Part shown: positions 29,096-40,000 of the stretch, one piece after another
How the letters are laid out: every line of letters starts with the position of its first letter
How positions within the stretch are numbered: the first letter of the stretch is position 1
Origin: Candidatus Latescibacterota bacterium
GTDB lineage: Bacteria; Latescibacterota; UBA2968; GCA-2709665
Assembly (NCBI GenBank): GCA_965208835.1
Contig: OZ242358.1
Location: 1,984,001-2,048,000 of the forward strand
DNA: 64,000 bases
Reading direction: 5' to 3'
Notes under the pieces: generated by a model
Databases searched by the model: none
What the model was told of the DNA's origin: nothing
What the model saw: the letters and a program-made list of their open reading frames with translations, nothing else
Translations under genes and position numbers: made by a program

Positions 29096-30846
29096 CGAGT
29101 TTCACTTTCCTGGATGCGCTGACGCAGGACCCCTGTTTCCTCGTGGTCCACGGTCCAGTTCGCTGAATCGTAGACCACACCGTATGTCTCCCGTGCTATG
29201 CGTGGTGAAATTTTCCTGTCCCGCACGTCCCGCACGACGGCCTCGGGGTCGCGTCCGTCCGGACGGCCGAACCCCCCGCCGCCCGGCGTCTGCACGCTCA
29301 CGCGGCCGCCTTTGGGAACCGTGATGCTGGACTTTGAAGGCAACGCTTCAGCACTGTCCTCGGGGTCCCGGATGAACCGCGCGGGCAGGCCCTCCCCGCC
29401 GCCCTCGAGCCCCCAGGGCGGAAACCGGGTGCCGTCGGAGAGGACGGTGAACGTGGTATCGCAGTCGGGAAACTCAAAGTCTCTCCGGATGCCGAGGCCC
29501 CCGCGAAACCGGCCCGCGCCGCAGCTGTCGGTGATCAGGCCGTAATGTGCGAAGCGGATGGGATAGTTGATTTCCACTTCTTCGATCGGGGCGTTCTCGG
29601 TGTTGTGGATGGTCGTCTGAATGGCGTCGGGGCCGTCTTTCATGGGCCGGGCGCCGTTGCCGCCGCCAACGGTTTCCATGTAGCAGTAATAGGCTTTTTT
29701 TCGCGGATCGTTGCCTGCAAAACCCAGGTTGCAGATAATGCCCTTTCCGCAGGCGGGAATTCTATCGGGCAATGCCTCGTGCATGGCAGTCAGGGTGAGT
29801 TCGGCGGTGAGTTGCGCGAGTTCCCACGCGCCGACCACGGCGGCCGGCCACGTGGCGGTGAGCACAGTATTATCGGGTCCCGCCACCTCCATGCATCGGT
29901 AGAGGCCGTCGTTGACCAGGATCCGGGGATCGATCAGGCTCTTTACGACTACCGCGATGGCCGCCAGGGTCGTCGCACGTGTGGCGTTCAACGGGCCGGT
30001 CTGCTGCGGTGCGGATCCGGTGACGTCAAGCGTGGCGTTTCCTTCGCGAATTCGGACCGCGACGGCGATCCTGACCGGTTCGTCGTCGAGTCCGTTGCCG
30101 TCGCGGTATCCAGTGGCTTTATACTCACCGGCCGGCAGCGCGGCTATTTCGCGACGCGCCCACCGCTCCGTGTAATCGAGCAGTTCGTCGAAAAACGCCA
30201 CGACCTGAGCGACGTCATAACGGTCGATCAGTTCAGCGATGCGCCGCGCGCCCACCAGGTTTGCTCCCATCTGTGCCCGCAGATCGCCTCCGGTCTCCTG
30301 GGGCGCGCGCACGTTTTGCAGAACGAGGCCCAGTACGTTTTCGTCGATTTCACCGCGCCGCACGATTTTCGTGGGCGGTATGATGATGCCTTCCTGGTAG
30401 ATTTCACGGTTTACGCCCAGGCTGCACGGCGTGCTTCCCCCCACGTCCACGTGGTGGGCCATGTTGGCGAGGTACCCCAGCCTCGTCTTTCCGGCGTCGA
30501 CCGGTGCGATCAGGGCGATGTCGTTGAGGTGGCTGCCACCACGATGTGGATCGTTGAGGATGATGCCGTCCCCGGGCGCGAGATTCCCGGCGCCGTATTC
30601 CCGCAGCGCGTTTGGTACAGCGGACTTCAGGGACGAGAGATGCGCCGGCTGCGAAAAGGACTGCGCGACAACCCGGAATGAAGCGTCGAAGAAGGCGCAG
30701 GAAAAGTCCGCGCGGGTCTTGATATTGGTGGAGTACGCCGTGCGGCGTATGGTATACGCCATCTCTTCGGTCGCGTTGAGCAGCGCGTTCTTCATCACTT
30801 CGAAAGTGATGGGGTCCATGGCGTGGTGAGATGACTGATCGGACAT
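29092..30846 (-). CDS. hydantoinase B / 5-oxoprolinase family subunit
   Basis: DPITFEV, NDPHRGGSHLND, HHVDVGG, GAGRFRGGLG, TPGGGGFG. Confidence 0.93.
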   Translation of the reverse strand: MSDQSSHHAMDPITFEVMKNALLNATEEMAYTIRRTAYSTNIKTRADFSCAFFDASFRVVAQSFSQPAHLSSLKSAVPNALREYGAGNLAPGDGIILNDPHRGGSHLNDIALIAPVDAGKTRLGYLANMAHHVDVGGSTPCSLGVNREIYQEGIIIPPTKIVRRGEIDENVLGLVLQNVRAPQETGGDLRAQMGANLVGARRIAELIDRYDVAQVVAFFDELLDYTERWARREIAALPAGEYKATGYRDGNGLDDEPVRIAVAVRIREGNATLDVTGSAPQQTGPLNATRATTLAAIAVVVKSLIDPRILVNDGLYRCMEVAGPDNTVLTATWPAAVVGAWELAQLTAELTLTAMHEALPDRIPACGKGIICNLGFAGNDPRKKAYYCYMETVGGGNGARPMKDGPDAIQTTIHNTENAPIEEVEINYPIRFAHYGLITDSCGAGRFRGGLGIRRDFEFPDCDTTFTVLSDGTRFPPWGLEGGGEGLPARFIRDPEDSAEALPSKSSITVPKGGRVSVQTPGGGGFGRPDGRDPEAVVRDVRDRKISPRIARETYGVVYDSANWTVDHEETGVLRQRIQESETR

Positions 30847-30954
30847 ATCTTTTCTCCGTGACGCGTTTTCCGGGACGTGAAACAAGGGGTATTTATCGAG
30901 ATGTGTTATCCGTTTTGATGCGACGGCTCCTTTTCATCCTTCAGGGGCGGAAAG

Positions 30955-33900
30955 CTACCGCTGCCAGTGGCCCGATCCGAAGATGCGGAATCGATCCACG
31001 CCCGGGTGCAGGGCGGAAAAGGCAATTTCATCACCGGCGGACAGGTGTTCTGCTCCGTCGAGGGCCAGGGCGTACCGTGTTCGGATGCGCGTGCCCCGCT
31101 CATCCAGAATGTCTTCCGAGACCCGGTCGTTCAGGGGTTGGATGAAAACAAGGCGTCGATCCCGTCCTGCTTTGTAGATATTCAGGTTATCTTCCTTGCC
31201 CTGGATGACCGGCGGCGGCTCGACCCAGGCTCGGTCTTTCTCGACCGCGGTGACAAGCAGATAGCCCACGGCCAGGTGCGGATAACCGTCCAGGCGCAGA
31301 GTACAGGCCCCGTCAGGACTCCTTTCGGCGGATCCGATGGTGTATGCGGAGGCACGTTTGCGATGACGTATGGTGATGGTCTTTCCCGGGAGTGCGTTGG
31401 GGTCCGCAATCTCGGCTTCCGGTTGGATCGTCAGGGTTTTTTCGACGTCGTCGAATCCGGTAAGCAGCCCTTCAATGGTGGGCAGGGGTTGGAGCCGGCG
31501 ACCGCCGGCTTCGGCGAAAGTGCCGCCGATGATCGCAAGCATGCGGAGGCCGTGAGCATCGAATGACGCGTAGGCGAGTTCGCCGTCGCTGTGCAATTCG
31601 CCGCCGTCATTGGAGATTTCACAAGGCGCGCCGGAGGGATTGCTAAGGACCAGATCCGTACCCCGGCTGTGCGTCACCTGAAACCCTTCGGCTTCATGAT
31701 TCTCACAGGATAGGCGGCTGGCCCGTTCGATGAACGGGCTGTTGCGGTAGGGTTCATGGACGGCCAGAAACGTGTTCGGGAGGTTACTGTTCCGGCGGCG
31801 GACGGTGACCAGCTTCATCTGCTCGCCCAGGTCGCGGTTGTCAAGCCAGCGCTGTGCGGGGCCGGTGCCGGCGATGATCTCGGATCCGGGCGCGTCAAGC
31901 ATGTGAAGTTTCAGGAATGCTTCCGTGTCGATCTCCTGAGAGCCGTCCGGGTTCGGGTATTCGGAAACGTCGCCCCAGGTTGCCGTCCACGGTCCGTTGC
32001 TGTAACCGGCGCTGAGCTGCGTAACCCGCTGAGTGCCCCACCTGGCGCCGACACGTGGTGTCCGTCGTGAAGGTGTGAACGTAAATCCGCTGAAATCGTA
32101 GAGAGATTCCGACGGGTCTGGCCGATCCGTCAGGTCAACGCCTTCGGTGAAAAAACGATGCCCATTGCCGTGGAACGTCCAGTCGTGATTGTGGCCGCCA
32201 CTCACGCGGAAGACGTCGACAACGTAGCCGTTTTCGGGGTCACAGTCAATGAGGGCGACAGTGCGCTGGTAGCGGCAGGCCCCGGGCACTTTGCCGAGCT
32301 CGTCTGCGTCCTCCTCGGCGGCATCGATCGCCTTGAAGCCGGGCAGATCTGCAAAAAACCGAAGGTCTCCCCGGAGGTTGTCCGTGCCCATTGGATCGCC
32401 GTCCCGGGTGCGGATGGCGACGGTGTTGTGGGCGGGAAAGGTCTTGATCCAATCCACCGTCATAAAGTGAGTGGATCCCATGTAACCGAGGTCGGTTGCC
32501 AGTTCGTGACCAATGGCGAAGAGCGTGAGGTTTAGTGGCGCCATATGGTAATGACCGACACGCTCGGTGTAGTCGAGTGAGAGCGTGCGGGTACGGTCGC
32601 CCTGGCCGCTGCGCAGGATGGCCTTGCGGTTCTGGCCCAGCAGGTGGGATGGGAGGGGCATGGGGAGTTTCAGCGAGACGACAGGATCGCCCTCCGGATC
32701 GATGTTCAGGTATTCGCGGTAGGCATCCGGGATACCGCCCCCGTGGGTCTCGGCCAGGGCGAGTGGCTCCATGGGCATGGCGGCCCTGATTACACAGTCT
32801 TCCCAGGCGATGGGGCGGCCGTCGGGGAAGCCGGTCTTGAGGAACTGGCCAAGTCCGTGCTTGAAGACGGGCAGGGAAAGCATGTTGATCCCGTTGAGGA
32901 TCCCGTCGTAATAGGGGGCATTCCTGTCAAATGCGCCCCGCTGGCCGTGAATGGCCTCCATCACGCTTGAAATACCCCAACTGGTGTATGAGGGAGAGCC
33001 TTCCTTGCCCAACCCGTCGCCGGTGAAGAAGTTATGCAGAAAGTAGAAGATGTCTCTGGCCACGTTTTCCATTAACCGGTCGTCGCCGACGATGCGCCCG
33101 AGTTGCAGCCTGGGCATCTGGGTAGAGGTCGAGAGATTGTCCGCGCCGGTGACGAGCGCATAGGGGTGCAGCGTATATTCCAGAATGCCGCGTTTGAGCA
33201 TTCCGCCGGAGGCCTGCAATTTCAGGGAATCGCCTTCGACGGACGTCAGGATACGCAGTGCGGCCGCTTTCAGGTCGGACTCGGCTTCGTCGAAGGATTC
33301 GGCAACCATGCTGTAACCGACCATGAGATCCTGCGCCAAACTGGCTTTCCAGTTCCACACGCCAGGGTAAATTGAAGCGCCTTTGGTGCCGTATCGGTCT
33401 CCCGGCGCGTTTAACGGGCGTTTCGGGTCGCCCTCAATATGATCGAATGGGGCGTAGAGGCGGTAGCCGGAGTAGGATTTCTCGGGAGTGCCGTTCTCGT
33501 AAAAATCGGCCAGACGTTCTTGCAGATCCGATTCGGAAATTTCCAGGAGTGAGGCAAGATAGGGGTCGCCCAGGAAGGCTCTGGAAAGTGTAACGAGGAG
33601 GACCCGGGCCTTGCGCGCATGTCGCCTCGCTGTTTGTTGGTCTGACTTGAGTCTCGCTGCATGGCAGGCTTCGCCCAGGCGATGTAGCACGTTGCCGGAA
33701 AGGGCGCGGAGAGCATTCATCCAGCAGAGGGCTTTGAAATAGAAGGCATTGGTGGGTTCGACATAGCCGTGGGCCTCGCCGTCCCAGTGTTCCCAGGTGA
33801 TGCCGTCGTGCGCCTTGCTCCAGGCTTCGTCGTGGTCCTCGCGCCACACTTCGTTGGTGGGAAAGCAGCCGTCTCCGTCGTCCGGGTACCGGGGGTTGGG

Positions 33901-34266
33901 ATAATAGGCGAACTGCCGGCCGTCTTTCCTGCAGTACGGACAATGAAGGCGCCATGGGTCGTCAAGGGACCAGTCGAAGGTGCTGTAGTACCGCACCCTG
34001 AAGGGATGGATGGGACAGGCGCAGGTATAGATGCCGCGCGGCTCCCGGTGCCAGGTGGTCTCCAGGAACCACGCATCGGGCTTTACCGACCACTTTTCCG
34101 CTTCGGCGAGAGACTCGTCCGCCCAGGCACGAACCTCCTCGTCTCCGGCCGCGTACCGGCGACGGATCTCGTCGACGGAAACGGGGCCAATCCAGATGTT
34201 GGGTCGATCGGGGAATGCGACCACGCGGTGGCCCTTGCCTTCAGGGGAAGTCCAGGATGCATTCAC
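30955..34266 (-). CDS. large heparinase II/III-like (polysaccharide lyase-type) protein
   Basis: EGSPSY, GHYH...LNL, DLGY, AHNTV, YVVDVFRVSGG..HDW.FH motifs. GTG 34266 follows GGAG; the ORF track's longer start overlaps the upstream gene. Confidence 0.75.
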   Translation of the reverse strand: MNASWTSPEGKGHRVVAFPDRPNIWIGPVSVDEIRRRYAAGDEEVRAWADESLAEAEKWSVKPDAWFLETTWHREPRGIYTCACPIHPFRVRYYSTFDWSLDDPWRLHCPYCRKDGRQFAYYPNPRYPDDGDGCFPTNEVWREDHDEAWSKAHDGITWEHWDGEAHGYVEPTNAFYFKALCWMNALRALSGNVLHRLGEACHAARLKSDQQTARRHARKARVLLVTLSRAFLGDPYLASLLEISESDLQERLADFYENGTPEKSYSGYRLYAPFDHIEGDPKRPLNAPGDRYGTKGASIYPGVWNWKASLAQDLMVGYSMVAESFDEAESDLKAAALRILTSVEGDSLKLQASGGMLKRGILEYTLHPYALVTGADNLSTSTQMPRLQLGRIVGDDRLMENVARDIFYFLHNFFTGDGLGKEGSPSYTSWGISSVMEAIHGQRGAFDRNAPYYDGILNGINMLSLPVFKHGLGQFLKTGFPDGRPIAWEDCVIRAAMPMEPLALAETHGGGIPDAYREYLNIDPEGDPVVSLKLPMPLPSHLLGQNRKAILRSGQGDRTRTLSLDYTERVGHYHMAPLNLTLFAIGHELATDLGYMGSTHFMTVDWIKTFPAHNTVAIRTRDGDPMGTDNLRGDLRFFADLPGFKAIDAAEEDADELGKVPGACRYQRTVALIDCDPENGYVVDVFRVSGGHNHDWTFHGNGHRFFTEGVDLTDRPDPSESLYDFSGFTFTPSRRTPRVGARWGTQRVTQLSAGYSNGPWTATWGDVSEYPNPDGSQEIDTEAFLKLHMLDAPGSEIIAGTGPAQRWLDNRDLGEQMKLVTVRRRNSNLPNTFLAVHEPYRNSPFIERASRLSCENHEAEGFQVTHSRGTDLVLSNPSGAPCEISNDGGELHSDGELAYASFDAHGLRMLAIIGGTFAEAGGRRLQPLPTIEGLLTGFDDVEKTLTIQPEAEIADPNALPGKTITIRHRKRASAYTIGSAERSPDGACTLRLDGYPHLAVGYLLVTAVEKDRAWVEPPPVIQGKEDNLNIYKAGRDRRLVFIQPLNDRVSEDILDERGTRIRTRYALALDGAEHLSAGDEIAFSALHPGVDRFRIFGSGHWQR

Positions 34267-34397
34267 GGACAGTCGATCTCCATTCAGATCCAGGAATAAC
34301 GAAGCGCAATCACACTGAACTGTCCCCCACCCAAGGGGCGAAGGGCGACTATTGGCTGATATTGGCGTATGGTTTCCGGAAAGAGAACGCGTCGTAC

Positions 34398-35687
34398 TCA
34401 GGCAGCTTCTTCTGCCGCGATTTCCGCGAGGCGCTCGCCGTGATTCGCCACTTTTGAAAAAGCCGCGGCAACCTGGTCCACCCACGTGGAACTGGGATCG
34501 ACGGGAGTGGACAGCCAGAAGCCTGAATCATGAATGCGTTCGCTGACCGGCAGATCGCCCCGGCTGTAGGGGATTCTCGTGTCAGAAGGAAGGTCGCCCC
34601 AGGGTCCGCCGAGGTCATCGAACGGGAAGTCGTTGAAAAGCGGCTCCAGGTGCATCACACCGTAGCCGAAGGGCGTAATTGCCGGCGTGGTTGCCACGCC
34701 CTCCGCCACGAGCGCTTTCAGGATGACGGATACCGGCGCGCCGATTTCCCTGGTATCGATGGTGCCGGTATACAGAAGGAGTCCGCCTCGCACCGCCTGC
34801 GGGTAGGTCTCCTGGGGATGTATGCCCTTGACGGTTTCCAGTTTGTTGTTCAGCCGCCCGAACCAGGCGCGCCTCTTTTCGTTCAGCCCGGGCAACCGTT
34901 CAAGCTGCGCGCGCGCCATGGCCACGCCCAGTGGATTCGCCCTGTACTTGATGCCCAGGCCCATGTTGCGGAGGTCCCGGAATCTGTCGGTGACATAAGC
35001 CTTTTCACATCTTCCATAGTGGCCCAGAGCCAACATTCTGTCGTAGAGGTCTTCGTCATCGGTCACGACCACGCCGGCTTCGATCCCGGTGACCGGCTTG
35101 CTCCCCTGAAGGCTGAAGCAGCCGACGTGACCGAGAGAGCCCACCGGTGCGCCGTTCCATAGGGCGCCGTGGGCGTGTGAAGCGTCTTCGATCAGCGTGA
35201 TATCTGTTCCTTCGACGAGTTCGCGGAAGGCGTCCATGTGTGCGGGATTGCCATAAACGTGGGTCACGATGATCGCACACGTATTCTCCGTGATCCGGCG
35301 CTCTGCGTCCGCTGGATCCGCGCAGAAGGTGCCGGGGTCGGCGTCGCAGAACACGGGCGTTGCGCCGCAGTGAAGGATGGGCGTGATGCTTGCGTGCCAC
35401 GTGACCGATGGCACGATGACCTCCTTGCCGATCCGGGCGCCCGATGCGAAGACTGCCGAGTGCAGGGCCGCCGTGCCGTTGCAGGTGGCAATGGCGAATC
35501 GTGAGCCTGTGAACGCGCGGAATTCCTCCTGAAAACCGTCGATCTGGGAGTAGGAATCGCCCAGACCGCCTTCAAGCACGTTCATTACGGATTGTTTCTC
35601 GAGGCCCGTGACGGTTTTCCAGCCGTCACTCTGAGGTTCGGTTACCGCCGGAGGGCCGCCGTCCAGAGCCAGGTCCGATATGGACAT
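34398..35687 (-). CDS. DegT/DnrJ/EryC1/StrS family PLP-dependent aminotransferase
   Basis: LALDGG, NGTAALH, IEDASHAHGA, FSLQGSK (PLP Lys). Confidence 0.92.
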   Translation of the reverse strand: MSISDLALDGGPPAVTEPQSDGWKTVTGLEKQSVMNVLEGGLGDSYSQIDGFQEEFRAFTGSRFAIATCNGTAALHSAVFASGARIGKEVIVPSVTWHASITPILHCGATPVFCDADPGTFCADPADAERRITENTCAIIVTHVYGNPAHMDAFRELVEGTDITLIEDASHAHGALWNGAPVGSLGHVGCFSLQGSKPVTGIEAGVVVTDDEDLYDRMLALGHYGRCEKAYVTDRFRDLRNMGLGIKYRANPLGVAMARAQLERLPGLNEKRRAWFGRLNNKLETVKGIHPQETYPQAVRGGLLLYTGTIDTREIGAPVSVILKALVAEGVATTPAITPFGYGVMHLEPLFNDFPFDDLGGPWGDLPSDTRIPYSRGDLPVSERIHDSGFWLSTPVDPSSTWVDQVAAAFSKVANHGERLAEIAAEEAA

Positions 35688-35835
35688 ATCCAGTGTTCTC
35701 CCCTTATTAACGCCATGTGAATCGCTGCGGTACCACTGTGTACATCCCCGATAAAACCGGTGGGTATCTTGCGCCCGAAACAGGTATCTGAGCCGTGTCG
35801 TCGTGAAGTCGACGGCTGTTTTTCCAAGGTCATGC

Positions 35836-35864
35836 AAGATAGCAAACGGGATGGGAATTGTCAA
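35836..35864 (-). promoter_or_regulatory. sigma70-type promoter for the minus-strand DegT operon
   Basis: Minus strand reads TTGACA-17 nt-TATCTT. Confidence 0.55.
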
Positions 35865-35887
35865 AGCGGAAGCCGACCCGGCGAGGC

Positions 35888-35916
35888 TTGACAGCCGTAC
35901 CGGTGTACGTTATATA
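35888..35916 (+). promoter_or_regulatory. sigma70-type promoter for rhodanese/MauE
   Basis: TTGACA-17 nt-TATATA. Confidence 0.65.
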
Positions 35917-35951
35917 TAGACGGTACGATTCATCTACGGGAGGCCGTTCTG

Positions 35952-36452
35952 ATGGTTCGATTCCGGCTTGTATTGAAGGCGGTCGTTATTCTGCTGGCTG
36001 GATCGGGCGTGGGCCTTGCTTACAACGCCCTGTCCGCCTCCGGAATTCCTCTTCAGACTCCTAAAAACGTGACGCAGGCCGAACATGTGAACTGGAGCCT
36101 GTACCTCGAGGGCGTCCGGGCAAGTCTTGCCGACGCGAAGGCGGCTTACGACTCGGGGTCCGTGCTCTTCCTGGACGCGCGCATGCCGCGCGCCTATGCG
36201 GCCGGACACATACCCGGTGCGGTGAACCTGACGCCTCACGAACTGAATCAGAAGGGCAGGAAGAAGCTCGAAGGTGTTCGGAGGGACGCGCATATCATCA
36301 CCTACTGTGGCGGAGCCAGCTGCCAGGCCAGTGTCAGGCTGGCGCACCTTCTGGCGAACGGCTTCGGGTTTACGCGCGTGCACGCTTTCTTCGACGGCTG
36401 GGGGGCATGGGCCGGAGCGGGATATCCGGTCGCGAAGGGAGTCGACCCATGA
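35952..36452 (+). CDS. rhodanese-like domain protein, membrane-anchored
   Basis: FLDAR....Y..GHIPGAVN, YCGGASC..S, GW..W..AGYPV. Confidence 0.9.
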   Translation: MVRFRLVLKAVVILLAGSGVGLAYNALSASGIPLQTPKNVTQAEHVNWSLYLEGVRASLADAKAAYDSGSVLFLDARMPRAYAAGHIPGAVNLTPHELNQKGRKKLEGVRRDAHIITYCGGASCQASVRLAHLLANGFGFTRVHAFFDGWGAWAGAGYPVAKGVDP

Positions 36453-36907
36453 GTCAGGTCTGGCGCGGCGTCCCCGTCGTCTTGCGCCTCGCGCTCGGCG
36501 GGGTGTTGATGTGGGCGGGACTGGCCAAGATTTCGGAGCCGGCGCTGTTTGCGATGACGGTTCGAGCATACAACGTGCTGCCAAATGCGTTTATTAACGG
36601 GTTCGCCGTGGTCGTGCCCTGGATGGAAGTCGTCGCCGGGACATGCCTGCTGGCGGGTCTCTGGTCCCGGAGCGCCGCGCTTGCCGCCCTCGCGCTGCTC
36701 TGGTCGTTCGGCGTCGCTCTCACGATTAATATCTACCGGGGCGCGAATCTCGACTGCGGCTGCTTCGGGCTGGACGGCACTCGCGGCTCGCTCAATACGG
36801 CGCTCGTGCAGGACCTGTTGCTGATCGCGTGTTCGCTGGTGTTGTTGTTTGTGCGCAATATGCCGCTGTCGCTGGATCGGTGTCTCTTCAAAACTGCCGA
36901 CCCGTAG
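36449..36907 (+). CDS. MauE/DoxX family redox-associated membrane protein
   Basis: RLALGG...AGLAKI, PWMEV..G, DCGCFG. ATGA overlap with the rhodanese gene. Confidence 0.88.
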   Translation: MSQVWRGVPVVLRLALGGVLMWAGLAKISEPALFAMTVRAYNVLPNAFINGFAVVVPWMEVVAGTCLLAGLWSRSAALAALALLWSFGVALTINIYRGANLDCGCFGLDGTRGSLNTALVQDLLLIACSLVLLFVRNMPLSLDRCLFKTADP

Positions 36908-37019
36908 TTGCCCGGCTCGTCTCATTTCCATATTGTCTGTTCTGGCGTGTTCAGGTGCGGCGCCGTTTTGCTACGGTTCCGCTTTTCTGATTTAATAGAT
37001 AAAGGATCGTTCCGATCTG

Positions 37020-40000
37020 GTGGATTCGACTGTGAGATATCTTTGCATCGCGCTGGTACTCGCCTGCCTTTCAGGGGCGTGCGACACCCATGTCCCGGAG
37101 CCCGGAAGCGAGGCATACCGGCAGGCGGTCACCGATTTCTATACGGGCCTTGCGGCGCTCGACGTGGGCGCCCACGACAGAGCTGCCGCCGCGCTCAGCC
37201 GGTTGACAGAAAACATCCCCGGTGAACCCGCGGGGTGGGCGAATCTGGCCCTTTTGCAGTTTTCGCTGGGCCGGGAGGAAGAGGCGATCAGATCGGTGGA
37301 GCGCGCACAGGGACCCGCGCCGGAGAACGCGGAGCTCGCGCTCCTGATGGGGACATTCGAGAGCCGCCGCGGCCGCACGGACGAAGCGGTTTTTCACCTC
37401 CGGCGCGCGTTGAGCCTTGCCGGGGCCGGGCACCTCAAAGCGGGCTACGCGCTGGCGCGTGAGCTGGAACGGAAGGGAGATGCGGCGGGGGCGCTTGCCG
37501 TGGTGGAAAGTCTGCTCGTTGAGGCGCCAACGAATCTGGCGCTCCTTCTGGAGCGGATCCGGCTGGCGGCCAAGGCGCAGGATGCCGATGGGCTGAAGCT
37601 GTATGTTGCACGGGTGTCCCGCCGGACCGGCGGGTGGCCGGAAGCGGCGAGGGCTCAGTTGCAGGCGCTGGCGGATGCGGAAACGGACTTCAGGCTCGCC
37701 GCGAGGCACGCGGCATTCCTGAACAACGCGCTGTTGCGAACGCCGGTTTTCCGCAGAGACCTGAGTCTCGTGCGTCTGCCTGCCCAGGCGGCGGGAGAAC
37801 CACTGCGGCGATTCGTGAAGATGCGAAGTCCGTCCGCAGATCCGGCGCCGGCCGATGCGTCACTCACGTTTGTTTCGAAAACCCTCGACAGCTCCGCGGG
37901 CGGAACGATGCTTGGCATCGCCTGGGCGGATACGCCCGTCGTGCTGATGGCAACTGACGATTCCGTGCGCTGGCTGGATTCTTCGGGACGGACCGTCCCG
38001 ACGTCCAAACCCGGGGGTGTCGGCGTGCGCGGTCTGCTGTCGGCGGACTGGAACAATGACTTCGGAATGGATCTGGTTGTGGCAGGCGGCGGTGGTGTTC
38101 GTCTGTACCGGCAGGGCGACGGCGGGGCACTTCTGGATGTGACCGGCGTCTCCGGGCTCGATGCGGATGTGACCGGGGCAGCCTATACGGGCGTATGGCC
38201 TGCGGACATTGAGATGGATGGGGATCTCGACCTGGTACTCGGAGGTCCGGAAGCGTGCCTGGTTCTGCGCAACAATGGTGACGGTACGTTCGCCGTCGTT
38301 CGGCCTTTCGAGGGCGTGTCCGGCGCGCGGGCCTTCGAATGGACGGATCTCGATGACGACGGCGTTCCCGATGCGGCACTGGTCGACAGCCGGGGTCGGC
38401 TGGTTGTCTTTCTCAATAAGCGCAGCGGGTCGTTCGTGCGGTCGTACGAAGGCCGGTACGAGGCAAGCGCACTCGTGTCCGGTGACGTGGACGGCGATGG
38501 CAGCCTGAACCTGCTCATCCTGAACGGACGCGGCGGGGTTTCGTCGATCTCGCGCGGCGGCGGCCGCTGGGAAGTCAGAGAACTGGTCAGTACGAAGGCA
38601 TTCGAGACGCCGGCGCGTCTGTTTCTGGCCGATATCGACAATAACGGACAACTGGACCTGGTCGCCAGCGGCGAAGCGGAGGGCGCATGCTGGCTGGGCG
38701 ATGCGGAGGGTTCCTGGCGACGCAAAGTTCTGCCGAACGGCGTCAGGATCTTCGAAGTCCTGGACTTGACCGGAGACGGAAGCATCGATCTGCTGGGACT
38801 CTCTGAAGACGGGCGCCCGCGGATGGTCGTCAGCATGGGCAACCGTGAATACCACTGGCAGGTCGTGCGGCCGCGTGTACGGGCGGTCCGCGGGGACGGG
38901 CGGATCAACTCATACGCGCTGGGCGGGGAGGTGTTGGTGCGGTCCGGTCTTCTGGCGCAGCGCCGGCCGATCCGGACGCCCATGGTTCATTTCGGGCTGG
39001 GCGAAAACGATCTGGCGAATGTCGTGCGGGTACAGTGGCCTAACGGAACCATTCAGGCGGAGTTCGACGTGGCGGCCGACCAGACAATTCTGGCGCAGCA
39101 GCGTCTGAAAGGGTCCTGCCCCTGGGTGTTCGCCTTCAATGGCGAAGAAATGGCCTTCATTAAGGACTTTCTCTGGCGGTCGCCGCTGGGGATGCGGATC
39201 AACGCACAGGTGACGGCAGGGGTGTCCCAGACGGAGGACTGGATCCTGATCCGGGGAGACGAACTGGTATCGCGGGACGGGCTCTATGAAATACGCATCA
39301 CGTCCGAACTGTGGGAGACCCAGTTCGTGGACTGGGTTGAGCTGATGGTGGTCGACCATCCGCCGGACGTGGCAGTATTCGTGGACGAACGGTTTGCGAT
39401 GCAACAGCCGGATCTGAGAGTGATTCCAACGGGAACACCGTTGGCCCTGAACGCGGCGCGGGACGAAGAGGGGCGGGATGTTGCGGCAATGGTAAGCGCA
39501 AGAGACGCACGCTATCTCGATACGTTCGAAGTGGGACGATACCAGGGCGTCGCTGCCGATCACTGGGTTGAAGTCGATCTGCCGCAAGCCGCGAAAAACG
39601 GAGGAGGGTGGCTGATCGGCTACGGATGGATCTATCCGACGGACAGTTCGATCAACGTAGCGATGGGGCATGGCGCGGACGTAAGGCCCCGAGGGCTTCG
39701 CCTGGACGCGCTGCGCAGCGACGGCACATGGGAAACCGTGAAACCTGACCTGGGATTTCCCGCCGGGAAGTTCAAGACGATTGCGATCGATCTGGCGGGT
39801 GTGAAGTCCAGCCGCCTGCGCCTTCGGACGAACCTGGAGATCTACTGGGACTGGCTGGCGTGGGCTGAACGCGCAGACGGCGCGCAGCTGCAGACGCAAC
39901 GCGTCAGATCCCGGACCGCGGCACTGAGGGGGCGCGGGTTCTCGGAGATCTCGCATCCGGATCGGCGTTCCCCCGACGTCCCTCTGTATTCCGCGCCCGC

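Noticed and set aside
36449-36907. MauE as part of a methylamine dehydrogenase (mau) system
   Set aside because: No mauA, mauB, mauD or mauG nearby; rhodanese-MauE pairs are common and this one is 15 kb from the methylamine cluster.
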